From an uncultured bacterium (GTDB lineage: Bacteria > Hydrogenedentota > Hydrogenedentia > Hydrogenedentales > JAEUWI01): a stretch of DNA of 32,243 nucleotides. Within the stretch, counting starts at the first letter, position 1. Each line of letters starts with the position of its first letter. The translations under genes and the position numbers were made by a program. Below the pieces are notes generated by a model that was given only the letters and a program-made list of their open reading frames with translations, had not been told where the DNA came from and did no database searches. The stretch is taken from NCBI GenBank assembly GCA_963977445.1, contig CAXBPH010000052.1:1-32243 (forward strand), read 5' to 3'. This document shows, in pieces, positions 9,344-18,023 of the stretch.

Positions 9344-10498
9344 CTAGTTCTGACGTTCGTATTTCTCTACGTCCTCGTACGACTTTTCCACGTCAAAGTC
9401 CATCACGATCGCTGTGCTTATCTTGGCTCGCGTAATTCCGACGTACAACTTGGCTCGCGCCTCGTTGCTTAGTGTTGCGGAGTTGTCCGTTACCCACTTC
9501 TGCATTTTCTCTGTCGGATAAATAAGTACACGTTCAAACTCCAGCCCTTTTGATTCGCCAAAGTTTCTCGCCTCATAGTTTGTGTTTACAGGTACACTCG
9601 AACTCCAACGCAATTGAACGGGCTTAAAATTACAAAGATATTCCTCTACATCCACTTTTCTAACCAAGAAAACCCCGACGTGATCGGACGAGCCGCTGTC
9701 GCAATCGGGACAACTACACGGAAGCACAGGTGGGAAGTCAGGAAACAGTTTTGCGGAATAGCTACAAATTCTATAGTTATTACGATGGGTTGTGTTCAGT
9801 ATGTTCATATCGACAGAAGGCCTAAATTTTACAGGCACTTCCGAATTGACAAAACTTACAATATTACCGTTTCTATACTTTCGGTATTTACTTTCGAGAT
9901 GCGTCAAATAAGTCACTTGGCGTGGATCCCCTACGAGGATAGCTTTCATAGTTGAGCTAAATACTAGTTTTAGGATCTCCAAGTCATACCCTGCCAAATC
10001 TTGTGCCTCATCAACAAGTATGGTTGAGAAAATGCTGGAAAGTCTCCGTATTACCGCACCTTTACTGGCTGTGTTCGACCTGCATACAAATCTCGCGATT
10101 TTATCCGAATAGATCTTCATGGTTTCGGAAAAATAGGCTTTCTCGAACTCCGTATCCTCCTTGTAGAAAATGGGGATACTTCCATTCCTATACCTAACCC
10201 CAGAGGCTTCGTTAACTAACAGCATACCGCGAATGTCTCGTTGGTATAACTCGTCTCTCAATGCACCTTGATAGGGTCTAACCCCATGTTGAAGCAAAAA
10301 CGAAAACCAAGTCTGGACTGTAACGTTGTGAGGTATACAGCCATTCCTTTGGTGGAATTTTGTTCGTATTCCGACCTCATTCGCCTGAGTGTATGTTGTG
10401 ATGAGAACATTCTCATTCGGGTGTGTCAACGCGTAGTCTACAAGAAAGGTCGTCTTTCCAGACCCGGCTGCCGCCACTATCAAAGAATCACTATTCAT
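9344..10498 (-). CDS. gajB: UvrD-like SF1 helicase, Gabija GajB-type
   Basis: Walker A AAAGSGKTT; motifs ITTYT, DEAQD, VGDPRQ, THR, SKGLEF, YVGITRAK. Short (384 aa) and overlaps the upstream OLD nuclease gene by 8 nt. Confidence 0.85.
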   Translation of the reverse strand: MNSDSLIVAAAGSGKTTFLVDYALTHPNENVLITTYTQANEVGIRTKFHQRNGCIPHNVTVQTWFSFLLQHGVRPYQGALRDELYQRDIRGMLLVNEASGVRYRNGSIPIFYKEDTEFEKAYFSETMKIYSDKIARFVCRSNTASKGAVIRRLSSIFSTILVDEAQDLAGYDLEILKLVFSSTMKAILVGDPRQVTYLTHLESKYRKYRNGNIVSFVNSEVPVKFRPSVDMNILNTTHRNNYRICSYSAKLFPDFPPVLPCSCPDCDSGSSDHVGVFLVRKVDVEEYLCNFKPVQLRWSSSVPVNTNYEARNFGESKGLEFERVLIYPTEKMQKWVTDNSATLSNEARAKLYVGITRAKISTAIVMDFDVEKSYEDVEKYERQN

Positions 10499-12116
10499 TG
10501 CACCACTTTACCGCGTCTACTATGTACTCTGGAAAAGTAAGGCCAACATCTGACTCAAAAACAGAAAGTGCCCATTCGGTCTTGATTTCTTTTTTTGACA
10601 TGTATTGCACGAGATCAGATTGATTGGAGTTTGTCGCCCCAACAACACCCGCCAACTCTCCCAAGTTGTTCTTGTTTGCATCCACAAACTGCGGTTCTAG
10701 TGTGTTGAGTTTGTTTCGACGATCCGCAAAAATTTTGATGCATTGAACTCCGTTAAAATCCTCGTATTTGTCCGTTATTTTTGTTGTGTAGTCTCCGTCA
10801 TTGTCTGTTATTACCGCAACGGGTTTGTTCAATAGTTTCGCTACCTCTAGAAATCTCTTGAAGGTTAAACCTACGGAGATAACGTCTATTTCATCCTGTA
10901 TCGGTAGCTTTCCCACATTGGCTATCCTATAAGCCTTCTGGAAAATAAGTTCATCAGAAGGCCCTTCAACTAGAACGGCTTTTTTGCTAAGCAACATGCG
11001 GAGCGTTTGGTAGCCAGGTAGTTTTCGAAAAAACTCTTGTGTTTTGGAGTCCAATGCATCGAGTCTTGTAACCCGACGGTCGTGCAAGAGAATGAGACAC
11101 TCCAAGCCGAGTTTGTTCGCCACAAAACTACTGTGCGTAGATATTATAATCTGCTTGCCGGTACATTTCGCCGCAACACTTTGAATCAGTTGGTTCAGCT
11201 TGGAATACGACAGGTGGTTTTCAGGTTCTTCAAGCAATATCAGATTTGCTTCCTTGGCTTTGCTGTGCCCAAGCGCCAAATTCGTCTTCACTATGCATTG
11301 CTCCCCCTTACCGACTTGATGAAAGGGTGTCTCGTCCAGATATGTCATCAACGCGTACTCCCAAGAATTTTGCGTTGACAAATCCACTGACACCTCCAGC
11401 TTCTTGTGCGTGATATCGGCCTTTCCACCAATTTTTTTGTTAATTGCTTTTACAGACGGGTCTTCAATAAATGATTCTTTAGTTTTACGATATGCTTGGG
11501 CGATTTGTACCTTTTCCTTGGCGTCCAGATCGTCTCTGATAATCCTCGAAATGTAGATATCGGAACCATTTTGGTGCCGAGAGGAAGACGAGTCTATTAG
11601 GACCGACTTCATTGGAATACTTCTAGAGCTAACAGAATCTCTCGCGAAAGACTTCCAAGTCTGTTTGTAGTACTCAATCGGAATTGCTTTGATGTCACCA
11701 GATTTGACCAAGGCGTCGTACTCAGCTTGGTAGTCGGAGTCGAATTCTATTTTTAACGCTACGCCGCATGTGTCGCTGCGATTACTGTTACCATTGCCCT
11801 GGAACAAGGACCACACATCACCCCCAAAATACACCTCAATAAGTATTGTCGGCGGCGATTCCCCTGATGGTGGACTGAGAGAAAAGCTGTTTATGTACTG
11901 CTTGACGACTTCGTTGTTGAATAAGTACTGACTAAGTTCGTTCCTCAGGTACTTGCCATTGAGTATGCCTGTCAACGCCAAGTGAACGGCTTCCAGAATT
12001 GTAGATTTTCCAGCCTCGTTGTTCCCTACAATTATGTTTATTCCGTCTCTAAAATGTATCTCGAATTTACTGTTGAAGCATTTGAAGTTTTCGATAACAA
12101 CTTTGTCTATGTGCAT
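10491..12116 (-). CDS. gajA: OLD-family ATP-dependent endonuclease (ABC ATPase plus TOPRIM), Gabija GajA-type
   Basis: IENFKCF start, Walker A GNNEAGKST, signature-like GKGEQ, Walker B LLEEPENHL, H-loop STHS, TOPRIM motifs VLVEGPSDE and TDND. Confidence 0.88.
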   Translation of the reverse strand: MHIDKVVIENFKCFNSKFEIHFRDGINIIVGNNEAGKSTILEAVHLALTGILNGKYLRNELSQYLFNNEVVKQYINSFSLSPPSGESPPTILIEVYFGGDVWSLFQGNGNSNRSDTCGVALKIEFDSDYQAEYDALVKSGDIKAIPIEYYKQTWKSFARDSVSSRSIPMKSVLIDSSSSRHQNGSDIYISRIIRDDLDAKEKVQIAQAYRKTKESFIEDPSVKAINKKIGGKADITHKKLEVSVDLSTQNSWEYALMTYLDETPFHQVGKGEQCIVKTNLALGHSKAKEANLILLEEPENHLSYSKLNQLIQSVAAKCTGKQIIISTHSSFVANKLGLECLILLHDRRVTRLDALDSKTQEFFRKLPGYQTLRMLLSKKAVLVEGPSDELIFQKAYRIANVGKLPIQDEIDVISVGLTFKRFLEVAKLLNKPVAVITDNDGDYTTKITDKYEDFNGVQCIKIFADRRNKLNTLEPQFVDANKNNLGELAGVVGATNSNQSDLVQYMSKKEIKTEWALSVFESDVGLTFPEYIVDAVKWCNE

Positions 12117-12390
12117 TTTGCCCGCTTTCCTAGGACCTTAATTTTGATTGTGCTCCCTACTATCGACTGAGAGAGCTTAGACTAAGCGTAATCACAAATC
12201 AAAGCTGAGACATCAGATTTTCGAGGGGTAGGCCATTCAGGTACAACTCTGGAGGAAACGTGACTGTTGGCATGATAAGTGCCGTCGCTATCGATTGCTA
12301 TCGACAACGTGACGAAGTGGAAAGCCCTTTTGCCCGGTGAGTAGCCTGAGGCGAGCTTTACTAGTTACGACGGCACCCCATAGAAGGGTC

Positions 12391-12420
12391 ATGACAAGCG
12401 CAGGTGTATTCTGTCAGAAT
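12391..12420 (+). promoter_or_regulatory. Candidate sigma-70 promoter with overlapping palindromes
   Basis: ATGACA-N18-CAGAAT with an extended TG. The palindrome ATTCTG-T-CAGAAT covers the -10 box and GTCATGAC covers the -35 box. It lies about 80 nt upstream of the CDS at 12502. Confidence 0.35.
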
Positions 12421-12501
12421 GGCCTCGTTTTGTGTTTTCGGCCATCCTGCTGGAGTCGGCCTGGGGGCACGCCGAAGTAATCAGTTCAACAGGAGTTTAC
12501 G

Positions 12502-14427
12502 ATGTATCTCATTATTCGAAAATGGGCCGTGGGTCTCGCATTGACCTTCGCCCTGCTGGCACCCATGGGTGCGCAGGCCGAACGGGAAGACCTGGGCAAT
12601 GGCTTCCTTCACCACGGAGTCGCGACACCCGTCAGCAACCACCGGGGCACGGTGGCCACGGTAGACGGCGACGGAAAGAACGTCGTACTCCTGTGGCTTT
12701 TTGACCATCGGGGGGGCTATGCCTTGTTGCTTATCGACGCAGAAACGGGAAAGGCGGAGGAATACCCCATGCCCTTTCCTCCAGGCGGCGACTGTCCTTA
12801 TGCCTCAATTCTGTCGAGCGACAACAAGTTTTACACCCACTTCAACAGCTACTTCACGGTCTTTGACCCGGTTAAGCGCGCCTTTACCTTTCACCAGAAG
12901 ACAACCCCACAGATGGCCATGGGCATGACGGAAGACGACGCAGGAAAAATCTGGTCGGTGACCTATCCCAACAGCGGGGTCGCGGCCTTTGACCCGAAGA
13001 CCCAGACCCTGACCGATTACGGCGCTGTCTATGGGCAGAACTGGAAACAGTATCAGCGCCATGTGGCCGCCGATGACGCCGGGTGGATTTACTTCGGCAT
13101 CGGCAGCACGGCCAGTCAGGTAATCGCTTTTGACCCCAAGACCGCCACCGCCACACCCCTCGTTCCCGAAGAAGAGCGGGTAAAAGGAGCCGGTTATGTG
13201 GTTCGCGATGTAGACGGCAAAGTTTACGGCCATTCCGGTAGTGATGAACACTGGTATACCTATTACGAGGGCAACGCGACGGCCATCGAGAAGCCCACCG
13301 TCAACGCGAAGCCCATCATCACCAGCAGTCAGGGGCTTTTTCACAAGACCTTCCCCGATGGAAAAATCCTGAAAGTATGCGACACGGTTACGCGCACCCT
13401 GGAGGTCGAAGACCCAAGCACGGGCACCATCGCAAAGCACACCTTTGACTACACCAGCGAAGGGGCCCACATCATGGGCATTGCTACCGCACCCGATGGC
13501 ACCCTGGCCGGCGGCACGGCCTTCCCCATGCGTTTTTTCCAATATGATCCCGCGAAAGACGAATGGGTAAACCGCCCGACTTATGGCCAGTGGAATACCG
13601 TGGCCCGTCAAGGCGATAGATTTTTCATCGGCGGCTATGGCGGAGGCTTCCTTCTGGAGTGGAACCCCGCCAAGGACTGGGTTGAGACCCAGAAAAACAA
13701 GCCCCGGAAGAATCCCCAGTTCCTCACCGACTGCACGCCCACCATTCACCGGCCCCACGACCTTCTTGCCCATCCCAATGGCAAGGTGGTCATCCTCGCG
13801 GGTACGCCAGGCTATGGCTACACCGGCGGCGGCTTGCTCTTCTGGAATCGGGAGACCAGCGAGCGCACCCTCATCGAGCACACGGAGCTCATCCCCGAGC
13901 AGTCCACCTTGAGTCTGGCGGCCCTGCCGGGAAATCAGATCGTCGGCGGCACCACCACGGGTGCCGGCACGGGTGGGGAGAAGAAGGCAACCCTCGCAGA
14001 ACTCTATCTACTCGACCTCGGCACCCATGCCATCACCTGGCACGCCCCGATCCTCCCCGAGGTCAACAACTACACCGACCTCTATGCGACGGAATCAGGT
14101 ATCGTCTATGGCGTCGCCGACCAGCGGCATTTCTTTGTCTTTGACCCCGCGACGAAAGAACTCATTCACCAATTCGATATGGAGGCGACCCTGGGAAGCA
14201 CCATTTCCCACCAGGGACCCCGCGTATTCGTGCCTGGACCCGACGGCGAACTGTACATGCTTTTCCGCAAAGGAGTCGCTCAGGTAAATCTCGAGACCCA
14301 CGAAATCACGCTGCTCGCCGAATCGCCCGTTCCCATCGGGCCGGGGGGCGACTACCACGATGGCCGTATTTACTTTGGTAGTGGCTCGCATCTGTACAGC
14401 TACGCCGTGCCAGTCAGCAAAAAGTAA
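12502..14427 (+). CDS. Secreted multi-bladed beta-propeller protein of unknown function
   Basis: AGGAG RBS and a signal peptide ending AQA. Repeated about 40-aa blades with DGKIW/DGWIY/DGKVY and FDPKT/FDPAT motifs. Confidence 0.8.
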   Translation: MYLIIRKWAVGLALTFALLAPMGAQAEREDLGNGFLHHGVATPVSNHRGTVATVDGDGKNVVLLWLFDHRGGYALLLIDAETGKAEEYPMPFPPGGDCPYASILSSDNKFYTHFNSYFTVFDPVKRAFTFHQKTTPQMAMGMTEDDAGKIWSVTYPNSGVAAFDPKTQTLTDYGAVYGQNWKQYQRHVAADDAGWIYFGIGSTASQVIAFDPKTATATPLVPEEERVKGAGYVVRDVDGKVYGHSGSDEHWYTYYEGNATAIEKPTVNAKPIITSSQGLFHKTFPDGKILKVCDTVTRTLEVEDPSTGTIAKHTFDYTSEGAHIMGIATAPDGTLAGGTAFPMRFFQYDPAKDEWVNRPTYGQWNTVARQGDRFFIGGYGGGFLLEWNPAKDWVETQKNKPRKNPQFLTDCTPTIHRPHDLLAHPNGKVVILAGTPGYGYTGGGLLFWNRETSERTLIEHTELIPEQSTLSLAALPGNQIVGGTTTGAGTGGEKKATLAELYLLDLGTHAITWHAPILPEVNNYTDLYATESGIVYGVADQRHFFVFDPATKELIHQFDMEATLGSTISHQGPRVFVPGPDGELYMLFRKGVAQVNLETHEITLLAESPVPIGPGGDYHDGRIYFGSGSHLYSYAVPVSKK

Positions 14428-14447
14428 ACGGACAAGACACCAGCCGT

Positions 14448-14491
14448 AACGGTCGGGGAGTTGGTCTCACAGGGACTGCTCTCCGGCCGTT
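14448..14491 (+). terminator. Long hairpin after the beta-propeller gene (terminator or REP-like)
   Basis: AACGGTCGGGGAG..GGTCTC-ACA-GGGACT..CTCTCCGGCCGTT pairs with G-U wobbles, 20 nt after the stop. The T tail is weak. Confidence 0.45.
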
Positions 14492-14567
14492 GTTGTATCA
14501 AAAGAGTAACGAGATTTCGGTAGAGCTTCGGCGCGCTCCGGTTTCTCCTATTCGAGCCGCGGGGCAT

Positions 14568-14600
14568 GTTGAGTTACCCTCGGGGGGACAGCCCCGACGG
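14568..14600 (+). repeat. REP-like repeat, copy 1
   Basis: GTTGAGTTACCCTCGGGGGGACAGCCCCGACGG, similar to 14878-14908. Confidence 0.65.
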
Positions 14601-14762
14601 TTGGAAATTTATTTCGTGCTGTCCTTTGTCTACGGCACCCCGACGTCATGTTTGCTTCAAGACGTGGTGGTGTCAGTGCAGTCCCCTTAGTCTTCTTTGC
14701 CAGTTTCGTGTCATGCCCCGGGACTTTCGCTGGCGGCGTGTTCGCTATCCCTCGGGGAATAC

Positions 14763-14840
14763 GACCATTGGGAGCGCAGGTCTCGGACGCGCCTAAGGTG
14801 GGCGGCCCGCCTGCATCGTGCCGAAGGCGCGTTGGTTTTT
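14763..14840 (+). repeat. Dispersed 78-nt intergenic repeat, copy 1
   Basis: GACCATTGGGAGCGCAGGTC...CCCGCCTGC...GCCGAAGGC...TTTTT. Matches 19033-19109 with 8 substitutions and 1 gap by hand alignment. Confidence 0.85.
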
Positions 14841-14877
14841 AGGAGCTTGAAAATAACGACTGCCCTACCCTCGCCAC

Positions 14878-14908
14878 GTTGAGTTGCCCTCGGGGACAGC
14901 CCCGTGGG
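14878..14908 (+). repeat. REP-like repeat, copy 2
   Basis: GTTGAGTTGCCCTCGGGGACAGCCCCGTGGG, containing the hairpin CGGGG-ACAG-CCCCG. Confidence 0.65.
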
Positions 14909-15006
14909 AGTATCGAGTCGGATCACAACGGAGCCATCCGGGACCAGCGCCCGTTTTGATAGCCATGTCTGCTGTGGGCCCACCAGCGCATGTCCTCACA
15001 GAAATC

Positions 15007-15035
15007 TTGCATTGAAATAACAAAGGCGGCATAGT
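15007..15035 (+). promoter_or_regulatory. Candidate sigma-70 promoter of the symporter
   Basis: TTGCAT-N17-CATAGT, upstream of the strong RBS AGGAGGAG (15083-15090). Confidence 0.5.
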
Positions 15036-15099
15036 GGTCGGGTCGCTCACTGGAGAGGGGGCGGCGGGACCATTCAGTTAACAGGAGGAGCATGACTCT

Positions 15100-16683
15100 A
15101 TGGAGTCCTTTGCCACGATAATTGCAGACACAAATTTTTCGTATCTGGACTGGGGAATCGTCTTAATCTATCTTGTGCTTTCTGTGGGCATCGGTATTTT
15201 TGCCAACCGCTATGTGGGTGGTCTGAGCGACTATATTGTCGCGGGCCGTGGCATGCGCACCGCCCTGGGAATCGCTACGTTGACGGGTACGGAGATGGGG
15301 TTGGTGACGGTGATGTATAGCGCCCAGAAAGGGTTCACCGGGGGCTTTGCGGCCTTTCATATCGGTGTTATTTCCGGTCTGCTGGCCTTTTTTGTCGGGG
15401 TGACAGGGTTCATCGTGACCCGGTTGCGTCGAGAACGGGTACTGACCATACCGGAATACTACGGACGTCGCTACAGTAAAGGGGTTCAGGTTTTCGGCGG
15501 CATCATGCTGGCCTTCGGCGGCATCTTCAATATGGGTATGTTTCTGAAAGCCGGTTCCATGTTTATCGTGGGCATAACGGGCTTGCAAAGTGAAAGCGCC
15601 GTGACCGTTGTTATGGTGGTCCTCCTCAGTCTTGTGCTCTTCTATACCGTCATGGGGGGAATGATTTCCGTAATCCTGACGGACTATGTTCAGTTTGTGG
15701 TTCTATCGTTTGGCCTGTTTCTCGCAACAGGGCTCGCCATCTATTACCTGGGTTGGGATCATATTTTTAACGTGGTAATTGCGGAGAAGGGTGAAGTGGC
15801 CTTTAATCCCGTCGCCGAGGGCAGCAGTTTCGGCTTTGACTACGTCATGTGGATGGCCTTCCTCGGTTTGGTAAATTGCGCACTCTGGCCCACGGCCGTG
15901 GCACGAGCCCTTGCGTCGGATTCGGAAGAGACGGTGCGACGTCAGTTCATGTTCTCCTCCATCACCTTCGCCATCCGAAACATCATCCCCTATTTCTGGG
16001 GTATCTGCGCCTTTGTCTTTGTTTTGGGTACCCCGGTATTAAAGGCGGCCTTCTTCCCCGAAGAAGGGGCGGGAGAAGCCATAGATACCCTCTATGCCAT
16101 GCCAATTTTTCTGGGCGAAGTCTTGCCCGTTGGTGTGATCGGTATTTTGACCGCTGCCATGATCGCGGCCTTCATGTCTACCCACGACAGCTACCTGCTT
16201 TGTTGGAGTTCGGTCTTGACGAATGACGTGGCGAAGCCTCTCATGGGCGGACGGCTGACCGACAAAGGTGCCGTGCTACTGACGCGGATTTTCGTAGTCG
16301 CCATTGGCCTCCTGATTCTGTTTATCAGTTTAATCTATCCGCTGAAGACGGACCTATGGGATTTTATGGCAGTAACGGGTGCCATCTATTTTACCGGTGC
16401 CTTTGCGCTACTTTCGGCCGGGTTGTATTGGAAACCCGCGAGCAACGTGGGCGCCATTTGTGCATTGATTGCGGGTGGCTTCGCGATCTTCGGGTTGCCC
16501 ACAGTGCAGGAATTTTTCCTCGCCGGGCTGGGCATGTCTGCAGAGCGTATCGCGGAAATCGGTCTCGTGTTTAGTAGTGATCGGGTCGGTTTGGGCACCG
16601 TAGTCCTCGCAATTCTGGGCATGGTTGGGGGGTCGTTGATCTTTCCTGACAAGTCGTCCAGCAACGAAGTGGAGGTTTCCTGA
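15100..16683 (+). CDS. Sodium:solute symporter (SSS/SLC5 family)
   Basis: About 13 TM segments; motifs DYIVAGR, TIPEYYGRRY, YTVMGGMISVILTDYVQF, AAFMSTHDS, GLYWK. Confidence 0.93.
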   Translation: MESFATIIADTNFSYLDWGIVLIYLVLSVGIGIFANRYVGGLSDYIVAGRGMRTALGIATLTGTEMGLVTVMYSAQKGFTGGFAAFHIGVISGLLAFFVGVTGFIVTRLRRERVLTIPEYYGRRYSKGVQVFGGIMLAFGGIFNMGMFLKAGSMFIVGITGLQSESAVTVVMVVLLSLVLFYTVMGGMISVILTDYVQFVVLSFGLFLATGLAIYYLGWDHIFNVVIAEKGEVAFNPVAEGSSFGFDYVMWMAFLGLVNCALWPTAVARALASDSEETVRRQFMFSSITFAIRNIIPYFWGICAFVFVLGTPVLKAAFFPEEGAGEAIDTLYAMPIFLGEVLPVGVIGILTAAMIAAFMSTHDSYLLCWSSVLTNDVAKPLMGGRLTDKGAVLLTRIFVVAIGLLILFISLIYPLKTDLWDFMAVTGAIYFTGAFALLSAGLYWKPASNVGAICALIAGGFAIFGLPTVQEFFLAGLGMSAERIAEIGLVFSSDRVGLGTVVLAILGMVGGSLIFPDKSSSNEVEVS

Positions 16684-16833
16684 ATGGCCTTCTGGATATT
16701 ATTATGGAAAGTGGTTCTTATTGTGGGGCTGGTGGCCTTCGGGGTGCTCGCTTCGGTCGTTACGGTATTGGGTGCCCGTGACGTGAAACATCTGCTCGCT
16801 ACACTCAAGAGTAATCAGAACGGCGAAGACTAG
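16684..16833 (+). CDS. 49-aa single-TM protein, probable symporter accessory subunit (absent from the ORF track)
   Basis: The ATG directly follows the symporter TGA, with GGAGG at 16671-16675. Translation: MAFWILLWKVVLIVGLVAFGVLASVVTVLGARDVKHLLATLKSNQNGED. Confidence 0.8.
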   Translation: MAFWILLWKVVLIVGLVAFGVLASVVTVLGARDVKHLLATLKSNQNGED

Positions 16834-17003
16834 AAGACGGACCCGTACGCCCCGATTGGAAGGCAGCAGGGACTGGAATTGTGGGCACGTGATCTTGCCG
16901 TTTGCTGTGCAGCAAGGTCGACGGACGAACGTTCGGGCGCGATGATTGATGGAGCATTAATCGCTGCGCCGGGCTTGGTTTGGCAGGGCACGACCGCAAG
17001 GTG

Positions 17004-17939
17004 ATGGATGTGAGTACATCGAAGAAGTCGTCTCAGGGCGTTTCGCCCGAGGCCTTGGATTACTATCAAAAACAATGCGAAGCCATTGCCCACGATTGGG
17101 CACGGCTACGTAACATGATAGATGGGTTTTCCCAGCCGGGTGCAGACAAGGAAAAACTGGAGTGGGAGCTCATCGCCCTCAAGAGCCGTCTGGCCTGCGA
17201 TTATCCCGTGCTGACCGAGTGGCGAAAAGGCGGTTATGGCCTGAGCGCCGGGGTCAATAAAATGCTTACGGGCGCCACTAATCTGGCCACGCTGGCCGAT
17301 TCTGGTGGGAATCCGGAGAGCCGTGTGAACCGGAATTGGCGCGACGTGCAAACGGCCCTTGTTCGGGTCCAGGAAACGTTGCAGAAAGTTAAGCAAACCC
17401 TGTCGGCCGGCAAGCCCGCCTTTCTGCCCGATAAACTTATCGAGCAAACGACCCACCGCCCTTTTCCGATTAAAAAAATCCTGAAAATCGTGGCGGCCAC
17501 CTGCGGCATTCTGCTGCTCGCTGGCACCTTCTACATCATGCGAAACTTTCTGGGCTTCTGGGCACCCGGCGCGGGCGATGGCATCGTTGTCGATGAATCC
17601 ATGTCCGACGAGGATAAGATCCGATCCGTTCTGGTAATCATGAATGAGGCCTTCAAGCAAGACGATGTGGACATGTTCATGACGGTCATTGCAAAGGATT
17701 TTGAGGACGACGAAGGCAACGGCAGAAGGGCCTTGCGGGTCGGGTTACAAGCCTACCACGAAAAAGGGCTCTTCAAGTCCGTAACGGTAGACTGGTCCAG
17801 GATGAGCCTCCTGGATAAGGATGGATTTATTTACGCCCGCCCCATTATTATTCACGCAGAAGGTGACGAGTTGTCGATTTATCTTGGATTTAAACCCTAT
17901 CGGGGAAAACTCTTGATAGCCAGCGCGAGTGCCACATAA
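17004..17939 (+). CDS. Bitopic membrane protein of unknown function (helical N-domain, one TM, possible NTF2-like C-domain)
   Basis: TM segment IVAATCGILLLAGTFYI preceded by KKILK. The C-terminal DEDKIRSVL..NEAFKQDDVDMFMTVIAKDF segment resembles an NTF2/SnoaL-like start. The ORF track starts at 16980; the ATG at 17004 is preferred. Confidence 0.7.
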   Translation: MDVSTSKKSSQGVSPEALDYYQKQCEAIAHDWARLRNMIDGFSQPGADKEKLEWELIALKSRLACDYPVLTEWRKGGYGLSAGVNKMLTGATNLATLADSGGNPESRVNRNWRDVQTALVRVQETLQKVKQTLSAGKPAFLPDKLIEQTTHRPFPIKKILKIVAATCGILLLAGTFYIMRNFLGFWAPGAGDGIVVDESMSDEDKIRSVLVIMNEAFKQDDVDMFMTVIAKDFEDDEGNGRRALRVGLQAYHEKGLFKSVTVDWSRMSLLDKDGFIYARPIIIHAEGDELSIYLGFKPYRGKLLIASASAT

Positions 17940-18023
17940 CATGGTACCATTATAAGGTGCGGGCCTGTGTGCTGCATCGTAGTTGCGTAGTTGGAATTGG
18001 TTACCAGAGTCAGGGTGTTGCGT

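Noticed and set aside
9160..12480. Integron cassette, att sites or tRNA target around the Gabija pair
   Set aside because: No attC core pairing, no convincing direct repeats and no tRNA fold were found by eye.
14763..14840. Resemblance of GGACGC..GCCTAAG..GGCGGCC to a c-di-GMP-I riboswitch
   Set aside because: It lacks the GGCAAA, GNRA tetraloop and CGCAAA elements, and the second copy lies between convergent genes. An Infernal search would settle it.
14568..14908. GTT-starting, about 31-nt palindromic repeats as a CRISPR array
   Set aside because: Only two copies, 310 nt apart, with no regular spacers and no cas genes.
16881..16898. GGCACGTGATCTTGC as a sigma-54 promoter
   Set aside because: The GG-to-GC spacing is 11 nt rather than the required 10.
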